A model generated the notes under the pieces. The model made no database searches. It was not told the origin of the DNA and saw nothing but the letters and a program-made list of their open reading frames with translations. From a virus: a stretch of DNA of 64,000 nt. The translations under genes were made by a program, and so were the position numbers. Below, piece after piece: positions 25,465-36,248 of this stretch; positions within the stretch are counted from its first letter, which is position 1, and the number at the start of each line of letters is the position of its first letter. The DNA lies in IMG/VR virus record IMGVR_UViG_3300012348_000173, positions 29,919 to 93,918 of that record. One strand, 5' to 3'.

Positions 25465-26885
25465 TATAATTGGATGATAATTTTTAGCTCTTCGTTTTGG
25501 TCTGCAGATCTAATTATCTGTGCTCTGTTTTCTAGAAATACAACATCACCTGTATGAGGATCATATGTTGATGAAGTTATTGACGATGGAGTCTTTCCGG
25601 TATCTGTGACTACTTGCGTGTCACGATTTACGATTGATATGTTCTTAGCGCCGTCTATAGCATTAACGCCATCATGGTATCCCTTTGTATAATACACAGT
25701 CTTTGTTGCGGAATTGTAACTATGAACAACTCCAATGTATTTCGTTACGGATGATTGGATTTGAACAATACCGTCGCCTACATTAATTGAACCAGTGTAA
25801 CCTGTTAGAACAAATGAATTAAGAGTGGAAACGGCTGCGGTTGTCAAAACTGTGCCTGAGGTGTTCTTAGGATTCTTAAGTAGGCTAATCTGAGAATATG
25901 AGCCATACACTGGCGAAACTGCACTTCTAGAATTTGCTAAAAAGCAAACATACCATGCAGGTGTGTATCTACGAACATCATATGAGAATCCATTGACATT
26001 TGATAGCAGAGGAACTATGACTGGAAGCTCATTTATTGTTATTCCGTCTGGAACCGACGATATTCTAGCAGTTGCAGCTTTAAATGTAACCAATGAAGTC
26101 TTATTAATAAGATCGGTATAAAAGCTAGTAGGTAAGGCTAGTGCTGTTATTTTACCGTTTACATCAACAGATGCAGTGACATTAGTGATTGTATATGATA
26201 CATTTGTTCCGCTTGCATTTACACCATCTAGCATAATGCTTATACCGCTAACCGATGTAGAAGCACCATTTAAATCTCCACCATTAACGATATGCAACCC
26301 GTAAGCATTTCCGAGGTAGTCTGCACTCGTGTTTAGCGCTGTATCAATTTCGACAAACTGTTCATTATTGAATTTGCTATACTGCTTAATTTTACCAACA
26401 CGCGCAATCACGTGCTTAGTTGTGGCTTCACCAATCCTGAAAATATTTGCTTCAGGGCTAGTGATATTAATTAAGTCATTTGATGTAACAACTAAGTTAA
26501 CATCCGGAGAGTATACAAACACATAAACGTTACCGCCAACCAAATCCACGAAGTATGAAGGATTATGTGTTGATGATGGGTATAGCGTAGCTGAGTCATA
26601 TGGGTTGTATTGCTTATACTTGTGCCCATTTGTTAATGTATGCAAAGGTATAACTTCAGCAAAATCACTCGTATTAACTTTAAGCAAATCAGTGATTGCA
26701 TATTTTGCCGCTAGCGTTGCTTCATGAGTTCCAACTGGAAAAGGAGATTCGTTTGGCGGAGTAAGCTCATCATACCATGCATCGGACTTACCAATACCTA
26801 TGTAATAGGAGCTCGAACTTTGAGCATCGGTTTTTAGCAATGCTGCTAAATTTTTTCTATGATTTTCTGTAATGATTGCGGCCAT
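25464..26885 (-). CDS. gp8: Baseplate wedge subunit
   Basis: MAAIIT...[12 protein letters not shown]-terminus; [29 protein letters not shown]-terminus. Confidence 0.85.
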   Translation of the reverse strand: MAAIITENHRKNLAALLKTDAQSSSSYYIGIGKSDAWYDELTPPNESPFPVGTHEATLAAKYAITDLLKVNTSDFAEVIPLHTLTNGHKYKQYNPYDSATLYPSSTHNPSYFVDLVGGNVYVFVYSPDVNLVVTSNDLINITSPEANIFRIGEATTKHVIARVGKIKQYSKFNNEQFVEIDTALNTSADYLGNAYGLHIVNGGDLNGASTSVSGISIMLDGVNASGTNVSYTITNVTASVDVNGKITALALPTSFYTDLINKTSLVTFKAATARISSVPDGITINELPVIVPLLSNVNGFSYDVRRYTPAWYVCFLANSRSAVSPVYGSYSQISLLKNPKNTSGTVLTTAAVSTLNSFVLTGYTGSINVGDGIVQIQSSVTKYIGVVHSYNSATKTVYYTKGYHDGVNAIDGAKNISIVNRDTQVVTDTGKTPSSITSSTYDPHTGDVVFLENRAQIIRSADQNEELKIIIQL

Positions 26886-26896
26886 ATTCGTTAATG

Positions 26897-26904
26897 TATT
26901 TATA
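26897..26904 (-). promoter_or_regulatory. Late promoter TATAAATA
   Basis: Exact consensus 11 nt upstream of gp8 ATG. Confidence 0.7.
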
Positions 26905-28107
26905 TCAAAGTTCTAAAAGTATACTTGTTTGAAATCTTCTTAAAGTCGAATCAGGCACACCCGATTCAGACGTGTTATCTATAGTGCTTTTATTCCAATC
27001 CGTCAGTGATGAGGAACCAAGTTCTATAAAGGCCTCATCATATTCATTTTGATCAGTGTATGTCGATAACGTGTTAAACACACATGCATTTGTGTCTGAA
27101 TATGATTCAGATGCTTGCGCAATTGTATAGTTAGCGTATCCTGATATAGTAGGAGTTAACTCATCAAAGAATTTAAGTTGAGCCTGATATTCGCTTCTAA
27201 AATCAACAGGTCTTTCGAGATATAGCAATATGTCAAGTAATACGCTTAACGAATATCCCAATTGATCAGACTGCAGTATTCCAGGAGTAGCATATGTAGT
27301 TGTTCTATCGCTTGATGACGATTCTATAGTTACCTTAAAAAGAAAATCAATCTCGTTTAAGAACGTTCCATTTTCGTAAATTGCGCCAAGCGAAGTTGGA
27401 GCCTGCCACTTAGGAGAGTTTTGTCTTATTAGTTTATCAAGATCAATGTTTTTCCAATAGTCGTCAGGCGATACGTTTTCAAAGTCTGTTATGTAAGTAT
27501 CAACAGAAGATTCCCAATCATTGCTGCTAAACATAACCAAGACTATAGCAACAAAGAGCTTTAATCCAGCAGGATGAACAAAGCGTATGAACTCATTAAT
27601 CCATAAGCTAGGATCATTTGTCGTTCTTATTTCATACGAAAACTTTTGCCAATAGTAACTATCCTGTAAGACAAAACGATCAGACGCAACTGATTTATCG
27701 CTTGACGAATCAAACAGTGCTGATGATGGATAAAATACCGAAACAAATTCGTTGTAAAACAACCTGAAGAAGCTATGAATACTTTCTTCAGAGCCACGTG
27801 TCTTATAGTAGTTATAGATTACTTTGTATAATCTTCTTTTATCTAATGCTACACTATTTGGTACTGCTTTTGCAATTTGTAGCTGTATAGCATTTAAATA
27901 TTTATCTGACATTTCATCAATGTCATGATTATCAAACATGCTATTAATTTCAGCTGACGGACCGCCAACCGAATTTAAGTATTCATAATATCGCTTGATA
28001 AACTTAACTATCTCAAATCCGCTCTCCCTAACATATTCGGGAAACAACGAGGATGATTTTGTAGGCTCGTTGTATAATGATTTAGCGCTGTCTGATATGT
28101 TTAACAT
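26905..28107 (-). CDS. gp7: Baseplate wedge initiator-like (short gp7)
   Basis: YYKTRGSEESIHSFFRLFY, LQDSYYWQKFSY, VHPAGLKLF; between gp6 and gp8. Confidence 0.75.
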   Translation of the reverse strand: MLNISDSAKSLYNEPTKSSSLFPEYVRESGFEIVKFIKRYYEYLNSVGGPSAEINSMFDNHDIDEMSDKYLNAIQLQIAKAVPNSVALDKRRLYKVIYNYYKTRGSEESIHSFFRLFYNEFVSVFYPSSALFDSSSDKSVASDRFVLQDSYYWQKFSYEIRTTNDPSLWINEFIRFVHPAGLKLFVAIVLVMFSSNDWESSVDTYITDFENVSPDDYWKNIDLDKLIRQNSPKWQAPTSLGAIYENGTFLNEIDFLFKVTIESSSSDRTTTYATPGILQSDQLGYSLSVLLDILLYLERPVDFRSEYQAQLKFFDELTPTISGYANYTIAQASESYSDTNACVFNTLSTYTDQNEYDEAFIELGSSSLTDWNKSTIDNTSESGVPDSTLRRFQTSILLEL

Positions 28108-30011
28108 TATCGGTCACGTGTGAATGTTTGATATGCAGTTGCTTTACTTAGTCCGCCTACAACAATTTCGTCTGCAGCGCCAACGACATTGCATCGATTG
28201 TAATCAATTGAAATGATTTGGTTTCTTCTTGAAACGATGTCATTTGAAATTGGGATTAGGTCAAGAGTTATGTCAAATGCATCATCGGATATTCCAAAAG
28301 GATTAATCTTTACAGTTCCGTCATTCAGGTAAATTGAACCAATGTCTTGAATTGGGTTTTCTACGCCGTTTGATTTCGTATAGATGTATAGTGTTCGCGC
28401 TGTAGAGTTATTAGGATTTTCTTTTTCACCTAAGAAAACATTTTCACCGTCCAATAGCCAAGGTGCGCTAATTGAGTATGATGCAATCGCATACCCATCA
28501 TCAATCGTTAATGGAGTTCCATACTTAATCGTGAATTCACCATATGATAGAGGATCAATTTCAAAATTCTTTGAAACGAAAACACGAACGTGCGAATTGA
28601 TTATAGCAGAGTTGTATGTATCAATTGATCGTGTAAATTCTGAGTATCTAAACACACTACCAAAAGAGCTAAGCATGGTATCATTATATTTCTTAACGAC
28701 ATCGTTTCTTACGGCATTCTCTAACTGCGCTTTGGATAAAGAGGTGATATTGCTATTGTACTTAAATAGGACATCCAGCATTATGTTAATAACCTCAGTA
28801 TCAACAACTTCAGGAATAATACCTAACACCTTCTTTGAAGACAGAAGATTGCGCACAATTTGCTTTTCAACTTCTGATAGTTGTGCCGCAGTATTTTTCT
28901 TTTTGATTGCAATTAAAACTTTCCCGTATTGTGGAGGAATTGCATCTTCGCCTCCCCATACGCTAACACTAGCATCGCTATCAAACCCTTGCTTAATGAT
29001 TGCTTGATAATCATCTGCGGTTACAGCGCGATTCTGAGTAACAAAGCTACTTGTTGAATTTGCACGTATGCTATCAATAGCCTCACGATTACTTCCCCCG
29101 CCTGAAGGAGAGGACACAGTTAATGTCACACTGAACGTATTTGTGTTTGTGTTTAATTCAGTTGGGTTAAGGTGAATAAACGGACCAGGCGCTCCATTTG
29201 CATCAACACCATTGCAACTGATGTATTCAATTTCAATTACATTTAGCGGCGATAGCTTTTTACCAATGATGTTATTACCAAAAGTAATTTCATAGCTGCC
29301 TAGTGTATTTTCGCCTATGTAATAAACGTTTGTGTCGCCGTTTGGTATTGATACATTATCATACTTCACAAACTCAACTGACTCTGCATTATTGTTTTGA
29401 TTGGCATACACTCTAACAATCAGTGTGTTGATGTCAATCGTGTCGTCATCAATGATGTATCGCTCATATTCATTTGATGCGTTCGCTAACAGTCTTTTTA
29501 CTACACGACGTCCTTCTTGTAGAGTTACTTTATTTTCTACTCCACCAATCAAATACTTATATGTGCTTCCTTCACGAGTTAAAGTTACACCATCTTTAAG
29601 AACATAGTAATATGTTTTGTTTTTATAGCTTGTGCTAAACAACGTGTTCTTATCAATGAATAGCGTCGTAGGCGGATTAGCTCCGCTGACACCTATTCTT
29701 AGGTATGCATCAACCTTTGATGAAGTAGCGCTTCTAGGAACATATCCTAATAGCTTAGCGGCCGACACGACACTGCTTCTTAGTTGCGCGCTGTCAATAA
29801 AGCTTTCATTAATTGCCATATGCGCAGTCATGGCATTATAATGTGTGTTGTATGCTAAGATATCAATGATTGTGCTTAGTGCACTACCTTGAAAGTTATA
29901 GTCTTTATAAATCAGCTGACCATTGCTATCAGTAAGCTGTTGAAAGTAGTCGACGATATTTGACTTTATCTGATCAAAATCGAGTTCAGTTGTATTTAAT
30001 GTATTTGCCAT
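28107..30011 (-). CDS. gp6: Baseplate wedge subunit
   Basis: ELDFDQIK, DILAYNTHYNA, NESFIDSAQLRSSVVS, QNRAVTADDY, VWGGED..PPQYGKV. Confidence 0.96.
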   Translation of the reverse strand: MANTLNTTELDFDQIKSNIVDYFQQLTDSNGQLIYKDYNFQGSALSTIIDILAYNTHYNAMTAHMAINESFIDSAQLRSSVVSAAKLLGYVPRSATSSKVDAYLRIGVSGANPPTTLFIDKNTLFSTSYKNKTYYYVLKDGVTLTREGSTYKYLIGGVENKVTLQEGRRVVKRLLANASNEYERYIIDDDTIDINTLIVRVYANQNNNAESVEFVKYDNVSIPNGDTNVYYIGENTLGSYEITFGNNIIGKKLSPLNVIEIEYISCNGVDANGAPGPFIHLNPTELNTNTNTFSVTLTVSSPSGGGSNREAIDSIRANSTSSFVTQNRAVTADDYQAIIKQGFDSDASVSVWGGEDAIPPQYGKVLIAIKKKNTAAQLSEVEKQIVRNLLSSKKVLGIIPEVVDTEVINIMLDVLFKYNSNITSLSKAQLENAVRNDVVKKYNDTMLSSFGSVFRYSEFTRSIDTYNSAIINSHVRVFVSKNFEIDPLSYGEFTIKYGTPLTIDDGYAIASYSISAPWLLDGENVFLGEKENPNNSTARTLYIYTKSNGVENPIQDIGSIYLNDGTVKINPFGISDDAFDITLDLIPISNDIVSRRNQIISIDYNRCNVVGAADEIVVGGLSKATAYQTFTRDR

Positions 30012-30454
30012 TATCTTAAACGATTAATTATGATTTCTACTTTCTGAGGATTTTGGTTATTGATCGCAAATGTTATTGTTACAGTGTATGCATTTTCATA
30101 AGATGTATCAGCGACGTCAACATTTAAAGATGAAACTCTAGGTTCATATTTTCGTATGACATTGTAAATCTCATCTTTAATTGCAATCTTAGTGATTGCA
30201 GTTGCATTCTCAAACAATAAAGACTTTAGCCCAGCGCCTAATTGAGGTTGAAATGGTCGATCATATTTACCGCTAAGAACTAAGTTTCTTATTGAGTTTT
30301 TAATAGCATCAATATCCGTTAAAGGAATAATGTCACCTTTAAGATTATTGGCTGCATACGTATGCATAGCCATATCAAAATCCGAATAAATGATATCTCT
30401 CGTTAGGGTAGGGACATATCCAGATTTATTGTAATCTGATAGGAGAGTGCTCAT
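30011..30454 (-). CDS. gp25: Baseplate wedge subunit
   Basis: DAIKNSIRNLVL...RPFQPQLG...LLFE...YEPRV. Confidence 0.92.
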   Translation of the reverse strand: MSTLLSDYNKSGYVPTLTRDIIYSDFDMAMHTYAANNLKGDIIPLTDIDAIKNSIRNLVLSGKYDRPFQPQLGAGLKSLLFENATAITKIAIKDEIYNVIRKYEPRVSSLNVDVADTSYENAYTVTITFAINNQNPQKVEIIINRLR

Positions 30455-30458
30455 TATC

Positions 30459-30466
30459 TATTTATA
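30459..30466 (-). promoter_or_regulatory. Late promoter TATAAATA
   Basis: Exact consensus 4 nt upstream of gp25 ATG. Confidence 0.7.
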
Positions 30467-32006
30467 TTGCATTTCCTCCGCCGTATCTAGCTTGAGCTTT
30501 TTTGTACTGAGGTGCCAGCTTTGTACCACGTGAAACTAGGAAGACTTGTACTGCAGCCATGTTTGACTTTTGGTATGCCGCTGGAGTATCGGTGTAAATG
30601 TCAACTTTATTGTATGTCAATTCGATATTTCCTGTGTCATGCACTGTGTAAACTCCACTTGGATTTTTACCACTTGGATTGTATGGCGTTCCATCTGGAT
30701 TCTTAAGAGCAAGGACACTACCAATTGGAACACGTGTACTAGAACATGAGAAGTCGCTAATAAGCTTATCTCCAAACGGTCCATGAAAAGCGTTATCATA
30801 ATCAAGAGTGCCAATCTTGATTGTCTTACCACGGCTATTGGTGTAATAATTTCCGGTTATATTTTTTTCACCGCGTGCTTCCCAATATGCAATTAGCTCA
30901 GGTGGACGTTGTGCTGGCTTAATATCTAGGAATGTTGTATAGTCACCGTATGGACTTGAGTACCAAGTAACTCCTTTGGATATAAGAGCGCCGGTTGCAA
31001 CCATATTGCTATTTCGCATACCGTATGCTCGAATTACGGCAGCCTGAGATTTTATGATTTGGCCTATGCCAGATGTTCTGCGTGAGTATTCTTGTCTAAC
31101 AGTTTCACTCCAGCCTCCGCTATGTGTTTTATATTCCACATCTATGCTCGTGACATAGCTTGTGTAATATTCTGCATCTTGAACATCATCCTTTGAATTA
31201 AGTATCTTATTATGATACGCCATAGCAACAGTATTAACCGACGTAATCATTGATGAATACCCTCCTTCATCGGTTGCACCGTTTTCCTTAGTCGTATACT
31301 CTCGTATGTCAACCATGACTTCATCATAGTTGTATTTTACTTCATTTAAGTTTTCGTCAATCGTTCCAATGCTTGCCTTTAATGGACTAGACATAGGCGC
31401 GGATGAAGGAGAAAGAAGTGGGGATCCTTTAACTGCTCCATTTGCATCATAGTCCGGAAGATTACATATATCTAAAACATCCAGATCGGCTACAAGATCA
31501 TAGATGTTATCAACAACATCGCCAAATGTATCTATGATCTTTGCAATCGCCTCAGAGCGTTGTATTCCTTGCAAAGCCTTTGCGGCAATGAGCTGCTGTA
31601 ATAGACTTAGCGGTTTAATTTGCTTAAGTGTTTCAATCACACTGTTTACCGCGTTTGCATATGCAAGAGCAATTTGGACTGTAGAAATAACTTCTTTTGC
31701 AGCGCTGTTTGATAAGACATATTCCATAGCCTTTTCAATGACTTTTGCTATAATCCTATCCTCTAGATTTTGCGCACACTCAATAAGCGATGATGCTTGT
31801 GCCAACGGTACACTTAATCCAGATGCAGATACCGTGGCTTCAATAACCTGAAGACCATCAGACGACATTGCAGTGCTCTGATTGGCCAATGTCTTTAGCA
31901 TATTTGGGTCCAATAAAGTACCTGGCTTTAATGCTAAAGTATTAGCTGTAGTCTCGCCGAAAGTTGTCTTTACGGTTTCACTTAATGCAGAAATAGTCTT
32001 TGACAT
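30462..32006 (-). CDS. Baseplate-region protein with C-terminal 3D (MltA-like) domain
   Basis: Helical N-terminus; C-terminal RVPIGSVL...YTVHDTGN...KVDIYTD. Confidence 0.6.
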   Translation of the reverse strand: MSKTISALSETVKTTFGETTANTLALKPGTLLDPNMLKTLANQSTAMSSDGLQVIEATVSASGLSVPLAQASSLIECAQNLEDRIIAKVIEKAMEYVLSNSAAKEVISTVQIALAYANAVNSVIETLKQIKPLSLLQQLIAAKALQGIQRSEAIAKIIDTFGDVVDNIYDLVADLDVLDICNLPDYDANGAVKGSPLLSPSSAPMSSPLKASIGTIDENLNEVKYNYDEVMVDIREYTTKENGATDEGGYSSMITSVNTVAMAYHNKILNSKDDVQDAEYYTSYVTSIDVEYKTHSGGWSETVRQEYSRRTSGIGQIIKSQAAVIRAYGMRNSNMVATGALISKGVTWYSSPYGDYTTFLDIKPAQRPPELIAYWEARGEKNITGNYYTNSRGKTIKIGTLDYDNAFHGPFGDKLISDFSCSSTRVPIGSVLALKNPDGTPYNPSGKNPSGVYTVHDTGNIELTYNKVDIYTDTPAAYQKSNMAAVQVFLVSRGTKLAPQYKKAQARYGGGNAI

Positions 32007-32009
32007 AGT

Positions 32010-32849
32010 TTATCCTGTTGGAGGTAAGGTTGATGCACCGGTCTCAACGTGAACGTGGCTAAGAAGAGATATGCTATTTGCTAAAACGTCTGATGACGAA
32101 GATATTGTACCTTTCACGTCAGTTGTTCCTTTAACCGATACGTTATCAGAGACGCGTAAATCGCCTGCTTCTAAATTCATATTTCCTGGAGCGTTCACGT
32201 TAACAGATGATCCAGATCCTATTTCCAATCCGCCGCTTGAGCCTAAGGTCATTGATGCTCCACTGACCATTATGCTTTTTCCACTGCTCATTTGAACGCA
32301 GCTTCCTGATACGATTGATGACTGATCACCAGACACAATTGATTTAGAATTGCCTCCAACAATATTGTTAGAGTTACCCATGACTTTAGTGTCAGAATTT
32401 CCATGAACGGTTGTGGTTAAATTTTCCGAAACGTTAGCACCGATATCTCCTACAATATCAGCTGCAATCCCACCACCATTTACTTTAGTTTTTATTTTTC
32501 CATCAACCTGAAGATTAAGATCTTTCTTAACATATAGGTTATAGTTTCCTCCAATTGTCGTTTCACAATCTCCAAGAATTGTTATAGACGCTCTTCCGCC
32601 AATAAAGATCTTACCGTCACGTATGATCGTAACCCAATCATCTCCAAGAATATTAAGAGTGCGGGATCCGTCGGCTACAAATGTTTCGTATGATCCAGAC
32701 TTATGCTGTCGATGAATTCGTTCAGCACCTAATGTGTCGTCAACCTCGTGGATATGACCTGAGCGTGAGCGTGTTACGCTATTAAATGGGTATACCGTTC
32801 CACCACTTTGTAGCGGCGGATTCCAGGATGTAGATGCATCTTCACTCAT
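32010..32849 (-). CDS. gp5: gp5 C-terminal part: beta-helix spike with HxH tip
   Basis: YPFNSVTRSRSGHIHEVDDTLGAERIHRQHKSG; 8-residue VxG repeats; ends SLLSHVHVETG. Confidence 0.88.
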   Translation of the reverse strand: MSEDASTSWNPPLQSGGTVYPFNSVTRSRSGHIHEVDDTLGAERIHRQHKSGSYETFVADGSRTLNILGDDWVTIIRDGKIFIGGRASITILGDCETTIGGNYNLYVKKDLNLQVDGKIKTKVNGGGIAADIVGDIGANVSENLTTTVHGNSDTKVMGNSNNIVGGNSKSIVSGDQSSIVSGSCVQMSSGKSIMVSGASMTLGSSGGLEIGSGSSVNVNAPGNMNLEAGDLRVSDNVSVKGTTDVKGTISSSSDVLANSISLLSHVHVETGASTLPPTG

Positions 32850-32855
32850 ATGTTA

Positions 32856-33845
32856 TTAAGCAGACGGTATAATTGTGATTGCTGACCGTGTATTATTTAT
32901 TGATCTTTTTCGTATGTTAACTCTGTTGCCAACGGTATTTCCATCAATTGACGTATAGTTCCCATTTGCATCGCTGTCACTATTAGCGATCCCAACGTGA
33001 GATATTGCAAACGTCACTATGTCTCCTCTCTTAACATACCTAGGATTAAATCTAAGTTGTGCATATGGCTTATTTACAGCCCACTCTTCAAAACCAAACG
33101 CTTTTGCGGTTTTTGGTCGAGCTGTTTCTGGTAAAACTCCAGACGTTCTTATACACCATGATGCGAAAGCTGCACACCATGCCTGCCTTGCAGAATATCC
33201 GCCTGGATATTCGGTGGCGCTCCAATATTTCTGAATACCAGGCCCTTGGTTATCGGACGTCTCAATGATACCTTGTCGATATTCATTTTCTGCAACAGCT
33301 GCTAACTTATCACCTGCCCCGCCAGCAATGGTTGGCGGGGTTTGCGTAGAATCAAAGGATGTCGTTATTGGTATAGCATTTGAGTATACTCCTGTTGCGG
33401 TGCTTCCTGCACCATAACTATTCATTACAGTTGATGCTCCAGGCGCAGTTAATGTACCTGCCTCAGGAGGAATATCATTACCCAGGAAAGAACCAAATGT
33501 CTTATGCGGATCGCCATATCCCATGTTTGATGTCACGTCAAACCCAACATCATAACCACTCGCGGACGCGATTGTTGCGACAACTACAGGATCTTGCAGT
33601 TCTTGACCATCTCTAAAAAATCCAAACACCCATGTATTTGGAACCAATGCAGTTGCACTTATACCAATGCCAGCAACACTTGCTGACGTAGTTGGAAGCA
33701 TTACCGTGGCAAGAGGCAAATCTATTGTGGGTAACTGCGTGCGGTCAGGCGTATGATAACCAAGACAGCGAACACGAACACGACCTTGTCCTGTAGGATC
33801 ATTTACGTCTTCAACTATACCAACAAACCAATCATTAATTATCAT
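32856..33845 (-). CDS. gp5: gp5 N-terminal OB-fold fused to CHAP peptidoglycan hydrolase
   Basis: WFVGIVEDVNDPTGQGRVRVRCLGYH...WVFGFFRDG; then AWCAAFASW...SHVGI...SIDGNT. Confidence 0.9.
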   Translation of the reverse strand: MIINDWFVGIVEDVNDPTGQGRVRVRCLGYHTPDRTQLPTIDLPLATVMLPTTSASVAGIGISATALVPNTWVFGFFRDGQELQDPVVVATIASASGYDVGFDVTSNMGYGDPHKTFGSFLGNDIPPEAGTLTAPGASTVMNSYGAGSTATGVYSNAIPITTSFDSTQTPPTIAGGAGDKLAAVAENEYRQGIIETSDNQGPGIQKYWSATEYPGGYSARQAWCAAFASWCIRTSGVLPETARPKTAKAFGFEEWAVNKPYAQLRFNPRYVKRGDIVTFAISHVGIANSDSDANGNYTSIDGNTVGNRVNIRKRSINNTRSAITIIPSA

Positions 33846-35296
33846 ACGTTATCTCTAATTATTTTTGCGCGTGTTGTGTAGTAACCATTCTCAAATGTAT
33901 GAACCGCAACTGCAACAACATAATAACCACTTAAGCTATAATCTTTGTCGTCGCTTTCTTCAGGCTTCTTTTTAACATCATCATAAAACTTCTTTATGTT
34001 TGCGGCCTTTGGAATTTCTATGCGTATTTTCTTACCTGGGTTTAAAGCAAAATCCCCATACACAACAATCTCATGCGATTGTGAATCTATATTTGCTAGG
34101 TATGATTTTACAGCGTTTGAATAGTTTTCATGCAGCGTGTTTGCGTTATTGCTACCAGCCACAGTTGACACTTGCGTAATGTTTGCATGATGTAAAGCCG
34201 CCATGTTAAATGTTGGCTCCTGTGTTAGAGATAAGCCATTTAAGAATGAAACCGACTTACCCCAATCAGTTAGCTTGAAGTTCATGTTATCGCGCATCAT
34301 GCGATTTTCTTTGACTTCTTTATCCTTATCTATGTTAAACAGTTTATCAACAAATGTCTTAACACCAAAGTCAGTGATCTGTGTTGTGTTTGCAAAACCG
34401 CCTTTTGTAGCTTGAGATAATTTATCTAATTTGATGTTAGACTTGATAGATAATATCCTTGCCATGTTTTCTGCATACGAAGACTGTGTTAGCGGTTTAT
34501 CGGTCGAAAACATTTTAAACTTATATGCAAACTTAGAGTCAGGATATAAGTTTTCATTGTCGATCATGTGTGACCATGATTTAATTATGATCTTATTTGT
34601 TCTTATTGTCGTATAGACATAAAACGGAGAAGACTTAAAGTCATAAGACTTGTTTCTTAACCATTCGACAGCGCGTAGCGGGCTTTGGATTGTAATGACT
34701 CCATCAAATTGAGAAACACATGCATATTTGCTATCAGGCTTAACTATCTTGTCAGCCGGAATGTTTAAATCGTTTGTGAAGATTGCACAAATATTATCAA
34801 CAGTGTTACCATGTACACTTCGACCGATACGATGTAGGTTACTTAAATAAGCATGTTCTGAAATAGCAACTATGTTGTAAATTTGTGCATCTAAAGTTTC
34901 ATTTGACTTTACATAGTTCGGGTATTCCTTAACTGTTAAGTATAGGTCTATCTCTTGAGGATCGCGTATGCGTAATACGCTAAGAGCACCATCGCCTTCA
35001 GGACCTTCAGATTTACTAAGGCGCACCTTTATAATTTCTTGACCGCATATTGCAAACTCTTCAAAGAAATTAATGTTGTCACGTATAACAGCATTTAAGA
35101 CAATGATTGAAGAATAAATTTCCTCAGTGATGGTGAAGCTTTGTACTAGGTTTCTAATATCTAAAGTTTTGCCATACTGATTGGTTATAAGGAAATGTTC
35201 AACCTTATATGAAGATGGTATGATCGCGGAATTATTATCTAATCCACGTGGAGTGTTTTGCGAATGAATCGCAGGTACGACGTATGAATCAGGCAT
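33842..35296 (-). CDS. Probable baseplate hub protein (gp27-like)
   Basis: FTITEEIYS...GQE N-terminus; VYGDFALNPG...SGYYVV..V.HTF C-terminus; between gp53 and gp5. Confidence 0.6.
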   Translation of the reverse strand: MPDSYVVPAIHSQNTPRGLDNNSAIIPSSYKVEHFLITNQYGKTLDIRNLVQSFTITEEIYSSIIVLNAVIRDNINFFEEFAICGQEIIKVRLSKSEGPEGDGALSVLRIRDPQEIDLYLTVKEYPNYVKSNETLDAQIYNIVAISEHAYLSNLHRIGRSVHGNTVDNICAIFTNDLNIPADKIVKPDSKYACVSQFDGVITIQSPLRAVEWLRNKSYDFKSSPFYVYTTIRTNKIIIKSWSHMIDNENLYPDSKFAYKFKMFSTDKPLTQSSYAENMARILSIKSNIKLDKLSQATKGGFANTTQITDFGVKTFVDKLFNIDKDKEVKENRMMRDNMNFKLTDWGKSVSFLNGLSLTQEPTFNMAALHHANITQVSTVAGSNNANTLHENYSNAVKSYLANIDSQSHEIVVYGDFALNPGKKIRIEIPKAANIKKFYDDVKKKPEESDDKDYSLSGYYVVAVAVHTFENGYYTTRAKIIRDNV

Positions 35297-36248
35297 TTCT
35301 TACAACCTCCATGTATTCTCTAGAAAAATCCGCAACATTAAGAGGATTTATAACTCTTATTGTTCTTTTTCGATTATTAAGAACTTCTTCCATTTCAGCG
35401 TATGTCATTCGTCCATATGATGTATATGCGCCTGACGATGATAGGACTTCATAATGCGTTAAGCTTTGTGTATCATCGTTTATGTCATAAAAGATATACG
35501 GCGCGTTCTTATACAGACCATAGTTAAATGTATTCTTATTGGCCGTTGAATCAACTGCACATTCATATGTTAAATCCGACGGATCTTCAAGATCATATAT
35601 CGTCGCGTATGAATCAGCTAATGCAGCATAGAATTCATCATAGTATGTTGAATCTTCATCCATACGAATTTTGAATTTTGTATACTGCACTAGATTTTCG
35701 ACAACATAATTTCCAGTCCAAGCTAAAGATGAACGTCTTAATACTAACTGATTTCTCAGTGCATCATATTTTTCAACATAACATTTTGGATTTTGGTTTC
35801 CTCCAAACACAACTTCATCACCGTTGTCATCTACCGGAACAACATACAGATCTTTATTGTACTTTGTGTTAAATGGAACAAAAGCAATGTTACCTACTTC
35901 AGCGGAGACTGAAGAAATTGGGCTAAATGTTAAACACGCATATTGGTTGTATCGGTCAGATATGAATGTATCCAATTCATACTGTGACATTGGCCATTCA
36001 GATAAACCTTTCCTAAGATTCTCATTAATGACGAAGAATGTCCAATGATAGTTTGCGGTGCCATACAGTATGTATGATGTGACGTCTGGTCTTTCACCAT
36101 CGCTTATGATGTGATTCATATACGATGAATTGTTAGAGATGTTTCCCTCTCTAACTTTAAAATTTCTAGAGATGTCAGTTAGGACCGTAAACTCGCCATT
36201 TCCAGTTACGTCATAGCGTGTCTTAGGTAGTTGTTGGAAGTACTTCAT
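35289..36248 (-). CDS. gp53: Baseplate wedge subunit
   Basis: MKYFQQLP, ISDGERPD..SY.LYG...YHWTFFVIN, EWPMS, EEVLNNRKRTIRVI. Confidence 0.92.
   Translation of the reverse strand: MKYFQQLPKTRYDVTGNGEFTVLTDISRNFKVREGNISNNSSYMNHIISDGERPDVTSYILYGTANYHWTFFVINENLRKGLSEWPMSQYELDTFISDRYNQYACLTFSPISSVSAEVGNIAFVPFNTKYNKDLYVVPVDDNGDEVVFGGNQNPKCYVEKYDALRNQLVLRRSSLAWTGNYVVENLVQYTKFKIRMDEDSTYYDEFYAALADSYATIYDLEDPSDLTYECAVDSTANKNTFNYGLYKNAPYIFYDINDDTQSLTHYEVLSSSGAYTSYGRMTYAEMEEVLNNRKRTIRVINPLNVADFSREYMEVVRNA

Noticed and set aside
32850-32858. Stop-codon readthrough or recoding joining the two gp5 halves
   Set aside because: Two consecutive TAA codons and a fresh ATG; other genes are intact under the standard code
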